This document shows positions 57,984-64,000 of a stretch of 64,000 nt of DNA, in pieces. A program made the translations under genes and the position numbers. The notes below the pieces were generated by a model. That model saw only the letters and a program-made list of their open reading frames with translations, searched no databases and was not told the origin of the DNA. Source of the DNA: an uncultured Actinomycetota bacterium (lineage in GTDB: Bacteria > Actinomycetota > Actinomycetes > Propionibacteriales > Nocardioidaceae); the NCBI GenBank assembly GCA_963749865.1, contig CAVVOE010000010.1:11761-75760 (forward strand), in the 5' to 3' direction. Each line of letters opens with the position of its first letter. Position 1 is the first letter of the stretch.

Positions 57984-59510
57984 GTGACGCCCGTACCGGC
58001 CTTGTGGCCCGACGCGAGGCTGCTGCCCCGGCAGCGGGTCCGTCCGGACCGCTTCGTGCTGGTCGCCGTCCTGGTCTCGACGGCGCTCCGGCTGCCGGGC
58101 CTGGGGGCCACCCCTGGGTCGGACGAGGCCGGCTTCCTGCTCGTGGCGCGGTCCTGGCAGCCGACCGCCGACAGCCTGTACGGGCACTACTGGGTGGATC
58201 GGCCGCCGGTGCTGCTCGCGGCGTACCGCTGGACGGACGCGCTGCTCGGCGACCTCGGACCCCGGCTGCTGGCGCTGCTCCTGACCGCGGCCCTCGTGGT
58301 CGCCGTGCACCTGCTGGCGACGCGGCTGACCGGCGCTGGGCCGGCGCGGGTGGCCACCGTCATGACCGTCGCCCTGCTGGCCGACCCGGAGCTCTCGGCC
58401 TGGACCGCCAAGGGCGAGGTGCTCGGTACGCCGCTGGTCGCGGTGTCCTGGCTGCTGGTCGTCCGCGCGCTCGAGGGCGGCTCGGCGCGGCTGGCTGTCG
58501 TAGCCGGGGCGTGCGCGATGACCGCCTGCGGGTTCAAGCAGAGCCTGGTGGGCGGGCTGGTCTTCGCGGTCGTGCTCCTCGGGGTCTCGGTCTTCTCGGG
58601 GCGGGTGCCACGTGGGCGGGTGGGCCTGGTGGGTCTGCGGTTCTCGGTCGGTGCCGCGCTGCCGGTGCTGGTCTGCGTCGCCTGGATCTCGGTCACTCCG
58701 GCCACGCTCGCCTCGGGGTGGTACCAGGTGGTCGGCTTCCGGGCCGACGCCTCCGCCGTGCTCGCCGCGAGCGACTCCCGGGCGCCGGTCGAGCGGGCGC
58801 ACGAGCTGGCCCGGCTGTTCGTCACCTGCGGCATGGCGCCGGTGATCGTGCTCAGCGCGGCCTGCCTGCGTCGCTGGTGGTCCCGCTGGTCCGCCTTCTC
58901 CTGCGCCCTGGTGGCGGCCACGGTCATCGACCTGCTCGGCGTGGTGCTGAGCGGCAGCTTCTGGCACGCCTACCTGGTCCCGCTGGTCCCCGACGTCGCC
59001 CTCCTGGCCGCGCTGGCCGCCTCGTGCGCGCCGCCGTTCCGCTCGCTGGCCCGCTTCGTCGCCGCCCTCACCGTGGTGGCCGCGCTGGCGGCGTACGTCG
59101 GGTTCGCCCGCGACCGTCTCATCTCCCCGACGCCGTCCGGCCCGTGGCAGGTCGGCCACGCGATCTCGCTCGTCTCGGGGCGCGACGACACGGTGGTGAG
59201 CCTCTACGGCAGCGCCGAGCTGGTCGAGGCCTCCGGCCTGCCCTCGCCGTACCGCCACCTCTGGTCACTGCCGATGCGCACCCTCGACCCTGACCAGGAC
59301 GAGCTCCGCTCGCTCCTTGCGGGGCCGGAGGCGCCGACGTGGGTGGTCGCCGTCCTGCCCTTGGACTCGTGGCACATCGACTCCGACCACCGGCTGCGCA
59401 ACCTGCTGCTGGGCCGGTACCGGTTCATCGCCTCGCGCTGCGGCCCGGTGATCTGGGTCCGTGACGACGTCGTCCGCTTGTGGCCGGCGCTCAACTGCAC
59501 GCTGGACTGA
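57984..59510 (+). CDS. Polytopic membrane protein, GT-C-type glycosyltransferase-like
   Basis: About 12 hydrophobic segments. The first-loop acidic motif GSDEAGF is typical of GT-C enzymes. Family not verified. Confidence 0.5.
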   Translation: MTPVPALWPDARLLPRQRVRPDRFVLVAVLVSTALRLPGLGATPGSDEAGFLLVARSWQPTADSLYGHYWVDRPPVLLAAYRWTDALLGDLGPRLLALLLTAALVVAVHLLATRLTGAGPARVATVMTVALLADPELSAWTAKGEVLGTPLVAVSWLLVVRALEGGSARLAVVAGACAMTACGFKQSLVGGLVFAVVLLGVSVFSGRVPRGRVGLVGLRFSVGAALPVLVCVAWISVTPATLASGWYQVVGFRADASAVLAASDSRAPVERAHELARLFVTCGMAPVIVLSAACLRRWWSRWSAFSCALVAATVIDLLGVVLSGSFWHAYLVPLVPDVALLAALAASCAPPFRSLARFVAALTVVAALAAYVGFARDRLISPTPSGPWQVGHAISLVSGRDDTVVSLYGSAELVEASGLPSPYRHLWSLPMRTLDPDQDELRSLLAGPEAPTWVVAVLPLDSWHIDSDHRLRNLLLGRYRFIASRCGPVIWVRDDVVRLWPALNCTLD

Positions 59511-59533
59511 CCGCTCTCGGGGGCACGGGACAC

Positions 59534-61297
59534 TCAGCGACCACGCTGCATGGCCAGGCGGACATGGGTGCCCGGGCTCCCGTAGCCGTCGTAGCCACCG
59601 CGCCGCTCGAGCAGCTCGACGTGGAAGCCGGTGGGCAGGGTCATCGTGAACGCGTGGAACAGCTCGCCTGCGCCCCTGCGGTCGTACAGCAGCTGGTGGT
59701 CCCGGAGATCGTCCAGCGCGTGGTCGTCGAGCGCGAAGCGGGCGCCGAGGTCTGCGTAGTAGTTGTCCGGCACCGGCATCAGCGGCAGCCCGGCCTCTCG
59801 CAGGCCGCGGACGTGGGCCCGGACGTCTGACGTCGCGAACGCGACCTGGGTGATGCCGGACCTGACCGGGCGGTCGGTGGCCACGTCCTCGACCTGGAGC
59901 ACCAGGCGAAGAGAACCGACCGCGGGACGGAAGGCCCGGCTGCGGAGCCTGCCGTGCGGCTCGATGAACTCCTCCACCGTCCCGGGCTCGAGGCCGAGGA
60001 GGGTGCGCAGGAAGGACACCTGCTCGTCGACGCGGTCGCCGGGCACCGCCACTGCGACGTGGTCGATGCCCAGGAAGCCTGGCCCGGCCGGGTGCGGGTC
60101 TCGCACCGGCTCGAAGTCGCCACGCCAGTCGTCCGGTTCACCCGGCGGCGCACTGACGAAGACGTGCAGACCGGACGGTGAGGTGATGCCCGCAAGGTGC
60201 GCCTCACCGGCCCCGCGGGTGCGGTCCACCTGGGGAAAGAGGAGCGCCTTGGCCCGCTGCGCGACGTCGGCCACCGGGCCGGCGACCACGCCCAGCGCCG
60301 GATCGGCCGCCGTACCGCCGTTGACCACCACGTGCGCGTCGCCGTTGCGCCACCACGCGACCGGCTTGGTGCGATGACGACCGGCGACCGAGAACCCGAG
60401 GGACTGCAGCAGCGTCGGCAGGGACGGCGTGTCCGGGATCTCGAGGAACGCCAGCTCCACGGACACCGGGGCAGCCGCCAGGGGTCGCGAACCGAGGCGG
60501 TCCTCGAGGAAGACCAGCGAGCGCATCCCGTCACGCGCGGTGCGGCCAGGGTCGGCCTCGCGGACCACGTCGCTGAAGACCTCCAGTGACACCGGGCCGG
60601 CGTAGCCGGAGTCGAGCGTGGCGGCCACGACGCCGGTCACGTCGAGGGTGCCTTCGCCCGGGAAGCAGCGGAAGTGGCGGCTCCACTCGAGCACGTCCAT
60701 ATCCAGCAGAGGCGCATCCGCGACCTGCAGGAACCCGATCCGGTCGCCGGGCATCCCGTCGAGGGCGCGACCGTCGTCGCCGCGGGACAGCAGGTGGAAG
60801 GTGTCGACCGCCAGGGTGACGGCTGGATGGTCGGCCCGGCGCACCGCAGCCATGGCCTGGTGGACGCGGTTGATGTGACGCCCCCACGCGAGCGCTTCGA
60901 ACGCGATGGTGATGCCGTGCTCGCCCGCGATGTCACCGAGGGTGTGCAGCTGTCCCGCGGTGAGGTCGAGGTCGTCGAGCGCATCGTCCGCGACGTTGGA
61001 GCAGGCGAGGACGGTGGGGGCGCCGAGCTGAGCAGCGACCTCGGCCTTGGCCCGGAACCGGTGCACCACGGCCCGGAACCGCTCGGGCGTCACGCCCTCG
61101 ACGTCGCGCACCGGCTGGAACAGGTCGACAGTCAGCCCCAGGCCCACGCAGCGCTGGGCCACCTCGCGAGGCGACAGGGGGCAGGCGATCAGGTCGTTGT
61201 CGAAGATCTCGACCCCGTCGAAGCCGGCCGCCGCGATCGCCTCCAGCTTGTCGAGGAGCAGACCGCTCAGCGACACGGTCGCGATGCCCTTCCTCAC
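59534..61297 (-). CDS. Fused TIM-barrel (xylose-isomerase-like) / HPPD-like VOC protein = 3-dehydroshikimate dehydratase (QsuB type)
   Basis: The N-terminal half is AP-endonuclease-2/TIM-like (GFDGVEIFDNDL.., AFEALAWG). The C-terminal half has VOC modules. The GTG start at 61297 overlaps the upstream stop. Confidence 0.75.
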   Translation of the reverse strand: MRKGIATVSLSGLLLDKLEAIAAAGFDGVEIFDNDLIACPLSPREVAQRCVGLGLTVDLFQPVRDVEGVTPERFRAVVHRFRAKAEVAAQLGAPTVLACSNVADDALDDLDLTAGQLHTLGDIAGEHGITIAFEALAWGRHINRVHQAMAAVRRADHPAVTLAVDTFHLLSRGDDGRALDGMPGDRIGFLQVADAPLLDMDVLEWSRHFRCFPGEGTLDVTGVVAATLDSGYAGPVSLEVFSDVVREADPGRTARDGMRSLVFLEDRLGSRPLAAAPVSVELAFLEIPDTPSLPTLLQSLGFSVAGRHRTKPVAWWRNGDAHVVVNGGTAADPALGVVAGPVADVAQRAKALLFPQVDRTRGAGEAHLAGITSPSGLHVFVSAPPGEPDDWRGDFEPVRDPHPAGPGFLGIDHVAVAVPGDRVDEQVSFLRTLLGLEPGTVEEFIEPHGRLRSRAFRPAVGSLRLVLQVEDVATDRPVRSGITQVAFATSDVRAHVRGLREAGLPLMPVPDNYYADLGARFALDDHALDDLRDHQLLYDRRGAGELFHAFTMTLPTGFHVELLERRGGYDGYGSPGTHVRLAMQRGR

Positions 61298-62154
61298 GCG
61301 GCCGCCAGCTGCACGAAGTGACGGGTCATCCGCTCGGCGTCCGGGACCCGGCCGGTGAAGTACTCGAAGGCGCCGACCGCCTGGTGGACGGCCATGCCAC
61401 CGCCGGGGACGACTCGGCAGCCGCGCTCCCTGGCCAGCTTGAGCAGCTCGGTCTCGAGTGGGAAGTAGACGACGTCCGACACCCACAGGTCCGGTCTGAC
61501 CGCGCTGTCCGGCACCGCCATGCCCGGGTGGCCGAGCATGCCGAGCGGAGTGGCGTTGACGAGGCCGCCCGCCTGGTCGAGCGCTGGCTCCAGGTCGGTG
61601 ACCGCGCCGACCCGCGCGTCGCCGTACCGCTGGGCCAGCCGCACCGCGCAGGCCTCGGCGCGGCCTCGGTCCTTGTCGAGCACGGCGACGTGCGCCGCGC
61701 CCTGGTCGAGCAGCCCGTAGCCGACTGCTGCGCCGGCGCCGCCCGCCCCGACGAGCACGACCCGATCGTGGACGTGGTCGGGAAGCGCCTCGCCGAAGGC
61801 GCGGCCGTAGCCGGACCAGTCGGTGTTGCGGCCCAGCCGCCGCCCGTCACGGAAGACGACGGTGTTGGCCGCTCCCAGATCGGCGGCGTCGTCGGAGAGC
61901 TCGTCCACCAGAGCCAGCACCTCCTGCTTGAACGGGTGCGTGACGTTGAGCCCGTCGAACCCCAGCCGCTCCGCCCAGTCCAGGAGGTCGGGCAGGTCTC
62001 GCACGCCGAGCCCGAGCCGGGAGGTGTCGATCAGGCGGTAGCTGATGTCCAGCCCGCACTCCGCGCCCTCCCGCTCGTGCATCGCCGGGGTGAGCGAGGC
62101 CTGGATCCCGGCGCCGACCAGTCCGAGGAGGTACGACGTCTGGGTCGCGCTCAC
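61294..62154 (-). CDS. Quinate/shikimate dehydrogenase (AroE/YdiB family)
   Basis: GLNVTHPFK, NTDWSG, VLVGAGGAGAAV Rossmann motif. The GTG start overlaps the MFS stop. Confidence 0.85.
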   Translation of the reverse strand: MSATQTSYLLGLVGAGIQASLTPAMHEREGAECGLDISYRLIDTSRLGLGVRDLPDLLDWAERLGFDGLNVTHPFKQEVLALVDELSDDAADLGAANTVVFRDGRRLGRNTDWSGYGRAFGEALPDHVHDRVVLVGAGGAGAAVGYGLLDQGAAHVAVLDKDRGRAEACAVRLAQRYGDARVGAVTDLEPALDQAGGLVNATPLGMLGHPGMAVPDSAVRPDLWVSDVVYFPLETELLKLARERGCRVVPGGGMAVHQAVGAFEYFTGRVPDAERMTRHFVQLAAA

Positions 62155-63518
62155 GCCACTCCGACCCGCACGGCGTCGTCGGCCGACCGCCGCGCGGGCC
62201 TGCCGACGTCGCTCGTCCGGAGGCGGTGGGTGTCGCGGGGACCGGTCGCGACCGCGATCGCGGAGATCACGCAGGCGGCTGTCGTGAACAGGGCGACCCG
62301 GATCCAGTTGTCGACGTCCCCTCCGAGGAGCGCGCCGGCGATCGTGGGCGTGAACCCGGCCAGCGCGAACCCGAACTGGGTGCCGATGGCCATGCCGGAG
62401 AGGCGCACGCTGGTCGGGAAGTACTCGGCGTAGGTGGCCGGCCAGACCGCGTTCGGCAGGGAGTAGACGATGCCGGCCAGCAGGACACCGAGCACGAACA
62501 TCAGCACGACCTGGCCGTGGGCGATGGCTCCGAGGAACGGGATCACCAGGATGCCGCTGCCCAGCACGCCGGTGACGAAGACCGGCTTGCGCCCGATCCG
62601 GTCCGACAGGCGCGCCCAGAACGGGATGATCGCGATCGCGACGACGTTGGCGACGATCGCCAGCCACAGCATCGTGGTCTTGCTGATCCCGATGTCGTAG
62701 TCGTCGGACGTCGCGAGGTTGAGCGCGAAGACCGCGAACATGGTGTTGACCGTGGCGATGAACGCCGCGAGGAAGACGCGCAGGACGTCGTGCCAGTGGT
62801 CACGGAACAGGACCGCGAGCGGAGTGTGGGGCACCTCGTCGTCGGCCCGCTCAGCACGGAACTCAGGGGTCTCCTCGAGACGACGACGGATGACCAGCCC
62901 GGCCACGACGACGACCGCGCTGATCCAGAACGGGATCCGCCAGCCCCAGGACTGGAGCTGCGCATCGCTGAGGACCGCCGCCAGCGGCAGGAACACCGCG
63001 GGCGCGAGGATCTGTCCGCCCTGGGTGCCGCTCAGGGTGAAGCTGGTGAAGAAGCCGCGCCGGTCGTCGGGCGCGTGCTCGAAGGACATCGAGTTCGCAC
63101 CGGCCTGCTCTCCGGCCGCGGAGAGCCCCTGCAGCACGCGGAGCGCCACGAGCAGGATCGGCGCGAGGATGCCGACCTGGTGGTACGTCGGGAGGCAGCC
63201 GACCAGGAAGGTCGAGATGCCCATCAGCAGGATGGTGCCGATCATCACCCGCTTGCGGCCCAGGCGATCGCCGATGTGCCCCATGATGAACGACCCGACC
63301 GGCCGCGCGACGTACGCGACGCCGAACGTCGCGAACGCGGCCACCGTGTTGGTCGTGTCATTGCCTTCCGGGAAGAAGATGTCCGGGAAGACCAACGCGG
63401 CGGCGGTGCCGTAGATGGCGAAGTCGTAGTACTCGAGGGCGCTGCCGAACCACGCGGCGATCGCGGCCTTGCCGGGGGTCCGCTGGGCGTCGTTGGCGGC
63501 GGGGGTCTGGGTCGTCAT
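62151..63518 (-). CDS. MFS metabolite:H+ symporter (ShiA-like shikimate/quinate transporter)
   Basis: 12 TM segments. MHS-family N-terminus FGSALEYYDFAIYGTAAALVF and GHIGDRLGRKR. Confidence 0.8.
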   Translation of the reverse strand: MTTQTPAANDAQRTPGKAAIAAWFGSALEYYDFAIYGTAAALVFPDIFFPEGNDTTNTVAAFATFGVAYVARPVGSFIMGHIGDRLGRKRVMIGTILLMGISTFLVGCLPTYHQVGILAPILLVALRVLQGLSAAGEQAGANSMSFEHAPDDRRGFFTSFTLSGTQGGQILAPAVFLPLAAVLSDAQLQSWGWRIPFWISAVVVVAGLVIRRRLEETPEFRAERADDEVPHTPLAVLFRDHWHDVLRVFLAAFIATVNTMFAVFALNLATSDDYDIGISKTTMLWLAIVANVVAIAIIPFWARLSDRIGRKPVFVTGVLGSGILVIPFLGAIAHGQVVLMFVLGVLLAGIVYSLPNAVWPATYAEYFPTSVRLSGMAIGTQFGFALAGFTPTIAGALLGGDVDNWIRVALFTTAACVISAIAVATGPRDTHRLRTSDVGRPARRSADDAVRVGVA

Positions 63519-63586
63519 CGGTGCTCCGTTCGTCCGGTGCCCTCAGGCTGTGGGCGTAACGCCACCGTGCGTGACCGTCCTCACCT

Positions 63587-63602
63587 TGGCAAGCGCTTGC
63601 CA
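63587..63602. promoter_or_regulatory. Perfect 16-bp palindrome TGGCAAGCGCTTGCCA, LacI-family operator
   Basis: Read directly. It matches the generic LacI/GalR half-site pattern TG.AA.CG.TT.CA and lies between the MFS and LacI genes. Confidence 0.7.
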
Positions 63603-63622
63603 TTTGTTGCCATAATGTGCCG

Positions 63623-64000
63623 GTGAGCTCCGGTTCAGGGCGTGGCATCGGCCGGCCGCGCCGCGTCACCATCACCGACGTCGCCCGGGAGGCCGACGTC
63701 GCGACCTCCACCGTCTCCCGGGCGTTCACGAACCCGGCTCGCGTCAACCACCAGACCCGCGACCACGTGCTCGCGGTGGCCGAGCGGCTCGGCTACGCGC
63801 CGAACCCCGCCGCCCGCGCGCTCGAGACGGGACGGACGAACACCCTGGCGCTGCTGGTCCCGGACATCACCAACCCCTACTTCGCCGGGGTCATCAAGGG
63901 CGGGGAGCGAGCCGCGGCCGACGCCGACCTGATCCTGGTGCTGGGCGACACGCAGGAGAACCCCGCCACCGAGGCCAGCCTCATCCGTCGCCTGGGCCCG
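63623..64000 (+). CDS. LacI-family transcriptional regulator (3' end outside window)
   Basis: The frame from GTG 63623 gives VTITDVAREADVATSTVSRAFTNPARVNHQTRDHVLAVAERLGYAPNPAARAL..LLVPDITNPYFAG. It is not in the ORF track because it runs off the window. Confidence 0.85.
   Translation, partial: MSSGSGRGIGRPRRVTITDVAREADVATSTVSRAFTNPARVNHQTRDHVLAVAERLGYAPNPAARALETGRTNTLALLVPDITNPYFAGVIKGGERAAADADLILVLGDTQENPATEASLIRRLGP

Overview
The window is a very GC-rich, densely packed chromosomal segment. Gene content and order look actinobacterial, possibly Nocardioidaceae-like, but that placement is an inference and was not searched. I support about 70 protein-coding genes and one tRNA. I found no rRNA, no CRISPR array and no recognisable IS, integrase or prophage genes. 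Many neighbouring genes overlap by 1-4 nt (ATGA/GTGA), which is typical of operons.

Gene content, left to right:
- dhaL-dhaK-glpF, with a divergent IclR regulator
- a membrane acyl-CoA desaturase
- pepC, xylB and pobA
- modABC, with a MerR-HTH/Mop regulator
- an MFS exporter and a large-subunit catalase (katE)
- a cbiM/PDGLE/cbiQ/cbiO ECF transporter
- bcp and the tRNA
- a conserved block: rdgB-rph ... MBL-murI ... cysM-cysO-mec-DUF2017-clpS, with divergent pncB-esterase-pncA
- a Tat-exported nucleotidase
- hppD with an Lrp regulator
- an XPB-like helicase with DUF3039
- a TetR regulator, fabG, a HIT protein and an ArsR regulator
- a GT-C-like membrane protein
- a quinate/shikimate utilisation cluster (MFS, dehydrogenase, fused dehydroshikimate dehydratase) facing a LacI regulator with a perfect 16-bp operator

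I see no clear novel multi-gene system. Observations most worth a second look:
1. A 74-nt, perfectly paired tRNA at 25804-25877. It carries a Leu anticodon (UAG) and a Leu-style D-loop but lacks the class II long variable arm.
2. Three otherwise intact genes each broken by a single frameshift: a secreted protein, an FAD/Rieske oxidoreductase and cbiO.
3. Two accessory insertions inside the conserved rph...cysM block. One holds an ABC-2 exporter, a HisKA_3/NarL two-component pair and a Lys-rich secreted protein. The other holds an orphan PAS-DHp protein with His replaced by Asn, two small ORFs of lower GC3, a Prs paralogue and a DUF3152-type metalloprotease.
4. A sortase-fold protein with no cysteine.
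5. Several sharply defined palindromes and tandem repeats in intergenic regions.

All calls come from reading the translations and the DNA by eye. No database search was run.
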